Source of the DNA: Gaiellaceae bacterium
GTDB lineage: Bacteria; Actinomycetota; Thermoleophilia; Gaiellales; Gaiellaceae
Length of the DNA stretch: 41,388 bases
Assembly (NCBI GenBank): GCA_035943915.1
Contig: DASZBP010000360.1
Location: 1-41,388, forward strand
Reading direction: 5' to 3'
Part shown: in pieces, positions 16,611 to 24,816 of the stretch
Layout of the letters: each line of letters begins with the position of its first letter
Numbering within the stretch: the first letter of the stretch is position 1
Translations under genes and position numbers: made by a program
The notes under the pieces: generated by a model
The model's input: the letters and a program-made list of their open reading frames with translations, nothing else
The model's database searches: none
What the model was told of the DNA's origin: nothing

Positions 16611-19034
16611 ATGACCGACGAAGAAGTCTTCGCGCCGGTCGACGGCGACGAGCTGCTGCAGCTGCCGGCGACGCTGCCGGTGCTGCCGCTGAAGGAGACG
16701 GTCGTCTTCCCGCAGTCGATGGCGCCGCTGGCGATCGGCCAGGAGCGCTCGATCCGCCTGATCGACGACGTCGTCTCGGGCGAGCGGCTGCTCGTGCTGA
16801 TCGCGTCGCGCGACGCGGAGCTCGACAACCCGGGCTGGGACGACATCTACGACGTGGGCACCGTCGCGCTGGTCCACAAGATGATCCGCGTCCCCGACGG
16901 GACGCTACGCATCCTCGTGCAGGGGCTCGAGCGCGTGAAGCTCGATTCGAAGCTCGACACCGAGCCCTACCTGCTCGGGGAGTTCAGCGCGCTGCCCGAC
17001 GAGCTCGAGGAGACGCCGGAGGTCGAGGCGCTCACGCGCAACGTGCAGGGCCTGTTCACGCGCATCATCGAGCTCGCGCCGTACCTCCCGGAAGAGCTGC
17101 GCCTCGCAGCTGCGAACGTCGACGACGCGAGCGCACTCTGCCATCTCGTCGCGTCGACGCTGCGCACGATCAAGCTCGAGGAGCGACAGCAGATCCTCGA
17201 AGAGGTGAACGTCGAGCAGCGCCTGCGCATGGTGTCAGCGATCCTCAGTCGCGAGCTCGACGGGTTCGAGCTCGGCTCGAAGATCCAGTCGCAGGTCCAG
17301 TCCCAGATGGAGAAGGGCCAGCGCGAGTACTTCCTGCGCCAGCAGCTCAAGGCGATCCAGCAGGAGCTCGGCGAGAACGACCCCGACCAGGCCGAGGTCA
17401 ACGAGCTGCGCGAGCGGTTCGAGGAGAAGAGCGGGATGCCGGAGGACGTGCGCACCGCCGCCGAGCGCGAGCTCGGCCGGCTCGAGCGCCTGCCCGCGGC
17501 TGCGGCGGAGTACGGCGTCATCCGCACGTACCTCGAGTGGATCCTCACGCTGCCGTGGGGCGAGTACACCGACGACAACCTCGACCTCGATCACGCCCGC
17601 GCGGTGCTCGACCACGACCACTTCGACCTCGAGAAGGTCAAGGACCGGATCGTCGAGTACCTCGCCGTCGCGAAGCTGCGGAAGGAAGTCTCCGGCCAGA
17701 TCCTTTGCTTCGTCGGCCCGCCCGGTGTCGGCAAGACGTCGCTCGGCCAGTCGATCTCGCGCGCGCTCGGCCGTAAGTTCATACGGCTGTCCGTCGGCGG
17801 CGTGCGCGACGAGTCGGAGATCCGCGGCCACCGCCGCACGTACATCGGCGCGATGCCGGGCTCGATCGTGCGCTCGTTGCGCGATGCGGAGTCGGCGAAC
17901 CCACTGATCCTGATCGACGAGATCGACAAGATGGGCAACGACTGGCGCGGCGATCCCGCCAGCGCGATGCTCGAGGTGCTCGACCCCGAGCAGAACTCGT
18001 CGTTCCGCGACCACTATCTCGACCTGCCGTTCGACCTGTCGAAGGTGCTGTTCATCTGTACCGCGAACGCGATCGACACGATCCCCGGCCCGCTGCTCGA
18101 CCGGATGGACGTCATCCAGCTGTCGGGCTACACGGAAGAGGAGAAGCTCGGCATCGCGAAGCGCTACCTGCTCCCGAAGCAGCGCAAGGCGCACGGGCTC
18201 GCCGCGTCGCAGCTGCAGCTTTCGGACTCGGTCCTGCGCGTGATCATCCGCGACTACACGCGCGAAGCCGGCGTGCGCAACCTCGAGCGGCGCATCGCCG
18301 ACGTATGCCGCAAGGCGGCGAACGCGGTCGCACGCGGCGCCGAACGCAGCCCGCGCGTCGACGAGAAGCTGCTGCGCGAGTGGCTCGGTGCCCGCCGCTA
18401 CTCGAGCGATGCGCGCAAGCGCACGTCCGAGCCCGGCGTCGCGACAGGTCTCGCGTACACCGCCGTCGGCGGCGACGTGCTCTTCATCGAAGCGACGGCG
18501 TATCCCGGCAAGGGCAAGCTCACGATCACCGGCCAGCTTGGCGACGTGATGCAGGAGTCGGCGCAGGCCGCGCTGTCGTGGGTGCGCTCGCATGCGGACG
18601 AAGTCGGCGTCGAGCCTGAGTGGTTCGCGGAGAACGACATCCACGTGCACGTCCCGGCCGGCGCAGTGCCCAAGGACGGCCCGAGCGCAGGCGTCACGAT
18701 GGCGACGGCGCTCGCGTCGCTCATGCGCGGCGAGCCGGTCGCAAGCGATGTGGGCATGACCGGCGAGATCACGCTGACCGGCCAGGTGCTTCCGATCGGC
18801 GGCCTGCGCGAGAAGTCGCTGGCGGCGCAGCGCGCCGGGCTGAAGCGCGTGATCTTCCCGCGCGAGAACGAGCCCGATCTCGACGAGCTCCCGCCGGAGG
18901 CGCGCGACGCGATCCAGTTCATCCCGGCCGACACGATCCAGGACGTCTTCGCCGCTGCGTTCACCGGCGGCAGCGCGAAGCAGCGGCGACCGCGCGCAGT
19001 CGATCGTGCGGCCGCTATGCCGAGAAACTCGTAA
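16611..19034 (+). CDS. lon: ATP-dependent Lon protease (endopeptidase La)
   Basis: 807 aa. LON N-domain, Walker A GPPGVGKTS, catalytic DGPSAGVTMATAL Ser and downstream Lys. RBS GGAG 7 nt upstream. Confidence 0.95.
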   Translation: MTDEEVFAPVDGDELLQLPATLPVLPLKETVVFPQSMAPLAIGQERSIRLIDDVVSGERLLVLIASRDAELDNPGWDDIYDVGTVALVHKMIRVPDGTLRILVQGLERVKLDSKLDTEPYLLGEFSALPDELEETPEVEALTRNVQGLFTRIIELAPYLPEELRLAAANVDDASALCHLVASTLRTIKLEERQQILEEVNVEQRLRMVSAILSRELDGFELGSKIQSQVQSQMEKGQREYFLRQQLKAIQQELGENDPDQAEVNELRERFEEKSGMPEDVRTAAERELGRLERLPAAAAEYGVIRTYLEWILTLPWGEYTDDNLDLDHARAVLDHDHFDLEKVKDRIVEYLAVAKLRKEVSGQILCFVGPPGVGKTSLGQSISRALGRKFIRLSVGGVRDESEIRGHRRTYIGAMPGSIVRSLRDAESANPLILIDEIDKMGNDWRGDPASAMLEVLDPEQNSSFRDHYLDLPFDLSKVLFICTANAIDTIPGPLLDRMDVIQLSGYTEEEKLGIAKRYLLPKQRKAHGLAASQLQLSDSVLRVIIRDYTREAGVRNLERRIADVCRKAANAVARGAERSPRVDEKLLREWLGARRYSSDARKRTSEPGVATGLAYTAVGGDVLFIEATAYPGKGKLTITGQLGDVMQESAQAALSWVRSHADEVGVEPEWFAENDIHVHVPAGAVPKDGPSAGVTMATALASLMRGEPVASDVGMTGEITLTGQVLPIGGLREKSLAAQRAGLKRVIFPRENEPDLDELPPEARDAIQFIPADTIQDVFAAAFTGGSAKQRRPRAVDRAAAMPRNS

Positions 19035-19542
19035 CCAGCGTCTTGCAGTTCCCGTCGCCCTTCGACGAGGGGCGCCGGCAGAGCAGCTCGTACTCGAGCT
19101 TCCGCCGGAGGACGAACGTGTACTCGATGACGTCCTTGCCGGCCGTTACCTCGTAGCTGTGCGCCCGGCCCCCGCCGGCGGTCACCGTGCGTGACCCGGT
19201 AACGGTGCCGCCGGCCGCGCGCGCTACCGCCTGCATCCGGACGTCGAGCTCCTTCGTCACCTTGGCGAACAGGCCGTCGGAGTAGGCCCGGACGAGCGGG
19301 AAGCTGCTCACCTGCAGCAGCTCGGAGTCGTGGGACACGAGCACGGTTCTCGGGGCGGTCGTGACCTTCCAGCCCCCTGGCGCGTTGAAGGAGTATCCGT
19401 GACCGCGAACGGTCATCGGCTTCGCGTGCGCCGACCCCCCGCAGCCTGCGAGGATGAGTGCCGACGCGAGAAGCGCCTGTTTGTACCAGGGTGGCCGGGG
19501 TATCAGCCGCCCGGGAACGACGCGAAAGGAACGGGATCTCAT
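19015..19542 (-). CDS. Lipoprotein, unknown function
   Basis: 175 aa from ATG 19542. Lipobox LILAGC. No ATG, GTG or TTG lies between this ATG and the lipobox (only a CTG). Confidence 0.65.
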   Translation of the reverse strand: MRSRSFRVVPGRLIPRPPWYKQALLASALILAGCGGSAHAKPMTVRGHGYSFNAPGGWKVTTAPRTVLVSHDSELLQVSSFPLVRAYSDGLFAKVTKELDVRMQAVARAAGGTVTGSRTVTAGGGRAHSYEVTAGKDVIEYTFVLRRKLEYELLCRRPSSKGDGNCKTLVTSFSA

Positions 19543-19972
19543 GGCGAAGACGAAGGACAAGGTGGTTGACGCGGCGGAGAACGTCAAGCCGTATGTTGAC
19601 CGGGCGATCGGCGACGAGAAGCTTCGTGCCGACGTGATGAGCGCGTTCAACACCGCTCGCGACCTCTACGGCGAGCTGATCGGAGATCGTCGCGCCGTCT
19701 CCGTGGCCGCGCGCGTCGCGACCGACGAGGAAGTGCGCGACAAGCTCAAGGACGCGATCGACGACCTGCGGAGCGCAGCCGACCGGCTCCAGGGCAAGAA
19801 GGGCCACGGCGGCCGCAACTCGACGATGCTGATCGCGGGGATCGCGCTCGGCATCCTGTTCAACCCGGTCACGGGCCCCGAGACCCGCAAGTGGCTCAAG
19901 GACCTGATCGGCGGCTCGGACGACTTCGGCGGCGGCTACACGCCCCCGTCCGGAAACAACGGCTCCAACTAG
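19541..19972 (+). CDS. Small helical protein with C-terminal YtxH-like membrane segment
   Basis: 143 aa. RBS GAAAGGA at 19524-19530. IAGIALGILFNPVTGPETRKWLKD resembles the YtxH GxxxG...SGxETR motif. Confidence 0.65.
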   Translation: MAKTKDKVVDAAENVKPYVDRAIGDEKLRADVMSAFNTARDLYGELIGDRRAVSVAARVATDEEVRDKLKDAIDDLRSAADRLQGKKGHGGRNSTMLIAGIALGILFNPVTGPETRKWLKDLIGGSDDFGGGYTPPSGNNGSN

Positions 19973-19976
19973 GGTC

Positions 19977-19999
19977 CGGCACCGGCTTGGCCGGTGCCG
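19977..19999. terminator. GC hairpin, 10-bp stem and TTG loop, between convergent genes
   Basis: CGGCACCGGC ttg GCCGGTGCCG, 5 nt after the stop at 19972 and 74 nt from the M23 stop. Confidence 0.5.
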
Positions 20000-20072
20000 C
20001 CAACCCTCCCTACGGCGGCCGAGGCGCGTCAGCGTCGGAAGCCGCTTGCGGGCTCCGCCGGTAAGCGCAGCG

Positions 20073-21491
20073 CTAACCGCGCCCGAGATCTTTGGCGGGC
20101 GCGGTGTGCGGCGCTGCGGTCGGTACCAGCGTCTGCATGAGCGTCGCGGGCGCCGGCGCGGCCAGCGCGCGCTTCAGTGCGGCGGCGTCGAAGCCGTCGG
20201 CGGAGGAGATGTCGCGCTGGCCGAGCAGGATCGCGCCCGGCTCCGGTGACGACCCGCCGCCGGGGAGCGCCGCGACGAGGCTCGCCGACACCGGGAACGG
20301 CAGATCCTTCTGGTGCTTCCACGCGTCCAGATACCGCGTCGGGTCGACCGCGCCGTCGTAGCCGAGGTAGAGCAGCGACACGGGGTGGATCTCGAAGTGG
20401 AGGTGGACGGGCGTGCCCTCGGCGTCGCCGGTGTTGCCCATGAAGCCGATCACCTGGCCCGCGCGCACGTGCGCGCCGTTCACTGCGAGCGTCGAGTACG
20501 CGGAGAGATGCGCGTAATAGAACTGGTTGCCCTGCGGGTCGAGCAACCAGAGGCGGTAGCCGCCGATCTTCTGGAAGCCGACGCTGAACAGCGTCCCGTC
20601 GGTGGCAGCGAGGATCGGCTGGCCGAGCCGGCCGAAGATGTCGTCGCCGTGGTGGTACTTCTCGTCGCTGCGTGCAGCGCCGTAGGAATCGATGTACGAG
20701 ACCGGCCCGTACACGGGGAAGACGTAACGGCCGGCGGTCAGCTTGGGATGGCGGTGCAGCGGCCCACCGGGCGCGTGCCGCGGCAAGGGACGCGCGGTCG
20801 GCCGGTCGCCCACGGGCGGCTCGTTCGACGACGTCGTCGTGGCCGCGGCGGGCGCAGGCGGAGACTGCACCGTGGTCTGCGCTGCGCCGATCTGGATCTC
20901 GGCTCCCGCCGGCAGGCCGGCGTACGGCTGTGACAGGCGTAGGTCGAGCTCGACGATCAGCGCCTTGTAGCCGGATGCGCCCGCCGGCGCACTGCGGTCG
21001 ACCGTCGTGTTCCCGATGACCAGCGTCCCCATGGGCAGATGGACCGTCTTCACGCCCGCGCCGAGCGGCTTGCCGCCGACCAGCAGGTTGACGACGCCCC
21101 CGTCCTGGCTGCCGTCGGCCGTCGCCTGGTTCGCGTCCGCCGAGGCTTTCGCCGTGACGGCGTCGGCCTTGACCACGCCGTCGAAGAGGGAGATCGCCGT
21201 GACGTCGCTCTCGGCCGTCGCCGACCCGCCCTTCGTCGACGCGCTGGCGATCGTCGACTGCGCCGTCAGCACGGATCCGTCGTCGGGATACGCGTACTCC
21301 TGGCCGGTTGCCGGCGTGCCGGGCGCGGTGACCGTCGAAACGACGACGTCGCTCTGCGGCGGGGCAACGATGCGGATCGCCGTCGCAGTCGCGGCTGCGG
21401 TCGGTGCCGTCGGGGGCCCTTCGGCCGACGCTGACCCGAATGCGAGCAGCGCGAGGCCGGCGAGCAGGACGACGATGTGCCGGGCGCGCAC
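20073..21491 (-). CDS. Secreted M23 (LytM-type) metallopeptidase with long N-terminal beta-rich domain
   Basis: GTG 21491 (VRARHIVVLLAGLALLAFGSASA signal). HHGDDIF (HxxxD) and VHLHFEIHP (HxH) zinc motifs. Confidence 0.85.
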   Translation of the reverse strand: MRARHIVVLLAGLALLAFGSASAEGPPTAPTAAATATAIRIVAPPQSDVVVSTVTAPGTPATGQEYAYPDDGSVLTAQSTIASASTKGGSATAESDVTAISLFDGVVKADAVTAKASADANQATADGSQDGGVVNLLVGGKPLGAGVKTVHLPMGTLVIGNTTVDRSAPAGASGYKALIVELDLRLSQPYAGLPAGAEIQIGAAQTTVQSPPAPAAATTTSSNEPPVGDRPTARPLPRHAPGGPLHRHPKLTAGRYVFPVYGPVSYIDSYGAARSDEKYHHGDDIFGRLGQPILAATDGTLFSVGFQKIGGYRLWLLDPQGNQFYYAHLSAYSTLAVNGAHVRAGQVIGFMGNTGDAEGTPVHLHFEIHPVSLLYLGYDGAVDPTRYLDAWKHQKDLPFPVSASLVAALPGGGSSPEPGAILLGQRDISSADGFDAAALKRALAAPAPATLMQTLVPTAAPHTAPAKDLGRG

Positions 21492-21501
21492 GCCCGAAGT
21501 G

Positions 21502-22239
21502 TTACACCCGCTCGCCGACGAGGACGAGCCGGAAGGTGTCGATCGTGAGCGGGCCGCCGTCGAAGTCGCCGAACCAGCCGACCGGCACGAGGCCCGCGCG
21601 GCGGAACAGCTCGCCGTACTCGGCGGCCGTGTAGAGGCGGTGCTCGAAGGCAAGCTCGGTGCGGTGGCCGTCCTTGACGAACGTCCAATGCGCCGACATC
21701 CGCCCCGATGCGACGTCGAGCGCGCGATTCTCGAGGAAGAGCGTCCCGTCCTCGAGCTCCTGCCAGCCCTGCGGCCGGAAGATCCGCATCAGCCCGATCG
21801 CGTTCGCCGTGTCGAGGACGAAGCGGCCGCCGGGGCGCAGCACGCGCGCGATCTCGGCGAGCGCGCGCTCGTCCTCCTCTTGCGTCTCGAAGTAGCCGAA
21901 CGCCGTCCAGAGGTTGACGACCGCGTCGAAGCTCGCGTCCGGCCACGGCAGGTCCCGCATGTCGCCCTGGCGAAGGTCGGCGTCCGGGAGCGCTTCGCGC
22001 GCGACCGCGAGGGCGCGGCTCGAGATGTCGAGGCCCGAGACGTCGAAGCCGCGCGCTGCGAGCGGCACGGCGATGCGACCCGTGCCGCATGCGAGGTCGA
22101 GGACGCGCGCGCCCTCGGGCAGCTGAGACGCGACGAACGACGCTTCTGCATCGGTTCGCGCGGCGTCGCGCGTCGTCGCGAGCAGCAACCACTCGTCGGT
22201 ATCGAAGAAGGTCTCGAACCAGCGGGGGTCTACGTTCAA
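21502..22239 (-). CDS. Class I SAM-dependent methyltransferase
   Basis: VLDLACGTGR motif I and RVLRPGGRFV. TTG 22239 in a TTGA overlap with the upstream stop. Confidence 0.8.
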   Translation of the reverse strand: MNVDPRWFETFFDTDEWLLLATTRDAARTDAEASFVASQLPEGARVLDLACGTGRIAVPLAARGFDVSGLDISSRALAVAREALPDADLRQGDMRDLPWPDASFDAVVNLWTAFGYFETQEEDERALAEIARVLRPGGRFVLDTANAIGLMRIFRPQGWQELEDGTLFLENRALDVASGRMSAHWTFVKDGHRTELAFEHRLYTAAEYGELFRRAGLVPVGWFGDFDGGPLTIDTFRLVLVGERV

Positions 22240-22622
22240 CCCAATTGCTTGCGTGCGAACTCGCGGAAGCGCTCGCGCGCCTCGGCGTCCGGCCCGACCG
22301 GCTCTTCGTCGACGTAGCTCGTGTCGGCCGCGATCTCCTCGGCGACGGCGCGCACCTCGCGGACGACCGCCTCGTAGTTCGACGGCTCGCGCAGGATCGC
22401 CTCCACCCAGGACTCCTCGGATTCGGGCTGCACGTCCGTGTCGACGAGCAGCTCGCCGAGCAGCATCCCGATGCGGATGTACGCGAAGGTCCGGAACGCC
22501 AGTGCGCGGTGCGCGCCGACGATCAGCTCCTGGATCTCCGGGTGCGCCTCCTGGATCTCCTGCACGATCGAGCCGATCGGCTCGTCGACCAGTGGGATCC
22601 AGATGTCGTCGGCCGAGCTCAT
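22236..22622 (-). CDS. Acidic hypothetical protein (128 aa)
   Basis: ATG 22622 with GGAG 6 nt upstream. High D/E content. No motif I recognise. Confidence 0.6.
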   Translation of the reverse strand: MSSADDIWIPLVDEPIGSIVQEIQEAHPEIQELIVGAHRALAFRTFAYIRIGMLLGELLVDTDVQPESEESWVEAILREPSNYEAVVREVRAVAEEIAADTSYVDEEPVGPDAEARERFREFARKQLG

Positions 22623-22632
22623 TTCCCGCTCC

Positions 22633-22653
22633 GGCGCCGGCCAAGCCGGCACC
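22633..22653 (-). terminator. GC hairpin downstream of the TSUP pair (6 bp, one mismatch, then 2 bp; TTG loop on minus strand)
   Basis: Minus strand reads GGTGCCGGC ttg GCCGGCGCC, near-identical in design to the hairpin at 19977-19999. Confidence 0.4.
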
Positions 22654-22686
22654 TGCGCTCCTTGATGAACTCCGTCGAGGCTCCGA

Positions 22687-23070
22687 TCATTCCGGCAGTG
22701 TCGCGGACCGGCGCCGCGTCCGCCAGACGATCTGCGCCGCGACGGCCAGGAGCAGGGCGCCGAACAGGCGCCGCAGCACGGATTCCGGCAGCGACTCGGC
22801 CACGAGGACGCCGACCTGGACGCCTGCGATGGACGCGACCCCGATGAACGCCGCCGCGCGGAGGTCGACGTTGCCGTAGCGCACTTGGCGCCACGACCCG
22901 ACGAGCGCCGTGGGCAGGATCGCGAGCAGGCTCGTGGCCTCGGCGTGCAGCTGGGTCAGCCCGAGCACGAGCGCGAGCGCGGGCACGAAGATGATGCCGC
23001 CGCCGACGCCGAAGAGCCCGGCGAGCACGCCGCCGGCCACGCCGATCAGCCCGATCAGGACGAGCGTCAT
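22687..23070 (-). CDS. TSUP (TauE/SafE, DUF81) half-size membrane protein, second half
   Basis: 127 aa, 4 predicted TM. LFGVGGGIIFVPAL motif. ATG 23070 in an ATGA overlap with the upstream half. Confidence 0.8.
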   Translation of the reverse strand: MTLVLIGLIGVAGGVLAGLFGVGGGIIFVPALALVLGLTQLHAEATSLLAILPTALVGSWRQVRYGNVDLRAAAFIGVASIAGVQVGVLVAESLPESVLRRLFGALLLAVAAQIVWRTRRRSATLPE

Positions 23071-23408
23071 ACGAGCAGCCGCACGCCGACGAGGGTGAGG
23101 AGCAGGGCGAAGCCGTAGCTCAGCTTCTGGACGGGCACGCGCTGCTGGATCGCGGTGCCTGCAAGCACGCCGATCACGGCCGGGATGCCGATCGCCGCGG
23201 CCGCGCCGGGCTTCACGTCCCCGTGGAAGGCGTAGGTCACCGCGCCGGCGACGGACGACACGAGGATGGCGGCCAGGGAGGTCGCCGACGCCCGCCGCTG
23301 ACCGAACGCGAGCAACAGCATGAGCAGCGGGACGATCACGATGCCTCCGCCCACCCCGAAGAGCGCACCGAAGAACCCCGAAACCAGACCGATGCCGACG
23401 AGCTTCAC
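23067..23408 (-). CDS. TSUP (TauE/SafE, DUF81) half-size membrane protein, first half
   Basis: 113 aa, 4 predicted TM. LFGVGGGIVIVPLL motif. GTG start. Confidence 0.8.
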   Translation of the reverse strand: MKLVGIGLVSGFFGALFGVGGGIVIVPLLMLLLAFGQRRASATSLAAILVSSVAGAVTYAFHGDVKPGAAAAIGIPAVIGVLAGTAIQQRVPVQKLSYGFALLLTLVGVRLLV

Positions 23409-23416
23409 GCTTCCCT

Positions 23417-23422
23417 ACTCTA
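23417..23422 (-). promoter_or_regulatory. Candidate -10 hexamer TAGAGT (minus strand), 8 nt upstream of GTG 23408
   Basis: TANNNT match. The spacer AGGGAAGC could alternatively act as a weak RBS. Confidence 0.25.
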
Positions 23423-23427
23423 CGGCG

Positions 23428-24135
23428 GTGGATGCGCTGAGCCGCCTCACCGAGGATCCCGCCGCAGCCGCGCTCTTCCTCGACGTCGACGGCGTGCTCG
23501 CACCGATCGTCGAGCGCCCCGAGGATGCGCGCGTGCCGGAGCCGACGCGGGCCGTTCTCCGCGGGCTCGCGGCGCGGTACGGCCTCGTCGCGTGCGTGAC
23601 CGGGCGGCCGAGCGAGGTCGCGCGCGAGATCGTCGGGGTCGAGGGGGCGACGTACGTCGGCGAGCACGGCCTCGAGCTCGACCCGCGCGCGCAGGAGTGG
23701 GCCGAGCGCATCCACGCTTTCGCGGCCGAAGCCGCGTGGCAGTTCCTCGAGGAGAAGCCGCTGTCGAGTGCGTTCCACTACCGCCGCGCAGCGGATCCCG
23801 AGGCGGCGCGCCTCGCGCTCGAGACGATCGCGTCGGAAGCGCTCGCGGAGGGGTTCCGCACGCGGTGGGGCCGCTTCGTCCTCGAGGTGCTGCCGCCGGT
23901 CGACGCGAACAAGGGAACGGCGGTTCGCTCGCTGCTCGAGCAGTCGGGGTTGCGCCGCGCCCTCTACGCAGGTGACGACGTCACCGATCTCGACGGCTTC
24001 GCCGCGCTCGACGGACTCGACCTCGCGGTTCGCATCGCGATCGTGTCGAGTGAAGGGCCGACCGCGCTCGGCGAGCGCGCCGACCTGCTCGTCGGCTCCA
24101 CCGACGCGTTCGTCGAGCTGCTTCTAAAGCTTTAG
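23428..24135 (+). CDS. otsB: Trehalose-6-phosphate phosphatase (HAD IIB)
   Basis: LFLDVDGVLAPIV (motif I), ANKGTAV and YAGDDVTDLDGF (motif IV). GTG 23428 is preferred because the upstream candidates 23320 and 23392 overlap the divergent TSUP gene. Confidence 0.82.
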   Translation: MDALSRLTEDPAAAALFLDVDGVLAPIVERPEDARVPEPTRAVLRGLAARYGLVACVTGRPSEVAREIVGVEGATYVGEHGLELDPRAQEWAERIHAFAAEAAWQFLEEKPLSSAFHYRRAADPEAARLALETIASEALAEGFRTRWGRFVLEVLPPVDANKGTAVRSLLEQSGLRRALYAGDDVTDLDGFAALDGLDLAVRIAIVSSEGPTALGERADLLVGSTDAFVELLLKL

Positions 24136-24816
24136 GCGGTCGCGTAGCAGGCGCGACTGGCGGCGCGCGACGTCGAGCTCGGTCCGCGCAGAGTCCGCGA
24201 CCTGCAGCTTGAGCCGATCCGGAGCGGTGCGCTTCACGCCGGCGACCTTCGCGAGGTTCACCAGATGCGAGCGGTGCACGCGCGCGAAGCGCGAGCCAAG
24301 CCGCTCCTCGAGCGTGCCGAGTGACGACGTGCAGAGATAGGAGCGGTCGTACGTGTGCACGCGGCTGTAGTCGCCGTCGGCGGTGACGTAGTGGATCTGA
24401 TCGGGGTCGAGCAGCAGCTCGGTGCCGCCCCCGCCGACGACGGGTATGCGCTCGACCGGCGCGGCGTTCTCGGACGAGCGCTCGCGCAGGCGTTCGACCA
24501 CGCGCGCAAGGCGGTCCGCGTCGACGGGCTTCAACAGGTAGTCGAACGCCTCGACCGCGAACGCGTCGACGGCGTACCGCTCATGCGCGGTCACGAACAC
24601 GACGGCGCCGTTCAGCAGCGGCGCGGTGCCGAGGCCGCTCGCACCGGGCATCTCGACGTCGAGGAACACGACGTCGGGGCGCAGCTTGTCCGCGAGGTCG
24701 ATCGCCTGGTCGGGGCCCGCCGCCTCGCCGACGATCTCGACGTCGTCGTGCGCAGCGAGCAGGTAACGAAGCTCATCCCGCGCCGGCGCCTCGTCATCGA
24801 CGATCAAGGCGCGCAC
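24124..24816 (-). CDS. LytR/AlgR-family response regulator (REC + LytTR DNA-binding domain)
   Basis: MRALIVDDE, phospho-acceptor context VVFLDVEMPG, C-terminal LytTR (RVHRSHLVNL). RBS GAAAGGA 6 nt upstream of GTG 24816. Confidence 0.88.
   Translation of the reverse strand: MRALIVDDEAPARDELRYLLAAHDDVEIVGEAAGPDQAIDLADKLRPDVVFLDVEMPGASGLGTAPLLNGAVVFVTAHERYAVDAFAVEAFDYLLKPVDADRLARVVERLRERSSENAAPVERIPVVGGGGTELLLDPDQIHYVTADGDYSRVHTYDRSYLCTSSLGTLEERLGSRFARVHRSHLVNLAKVAGVKRTAPDRLKLQVADSARTELDVARRQSRLLRDRLKL

Noticed and set aside
22687-23408. Split TSUP as a simple frameshifted pseudogene.
   Set aside because: This is not fully excluded. However, each half is a complete 4-TM repeat with its own start, and the junction is a clean ATGA of the type used throughout this window. 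I therefore called two CDSs and flagged the pair as a finding.
23320-23427. Longer N-terminal extensions of otsB (ATG 23320 or ATG 23392).
   Set aside because: They overlap the divergent TSUP gene and add Pro/Thr-rich sequence. GTG 23428 gives the usual short N-terminus before the DxDG motif.
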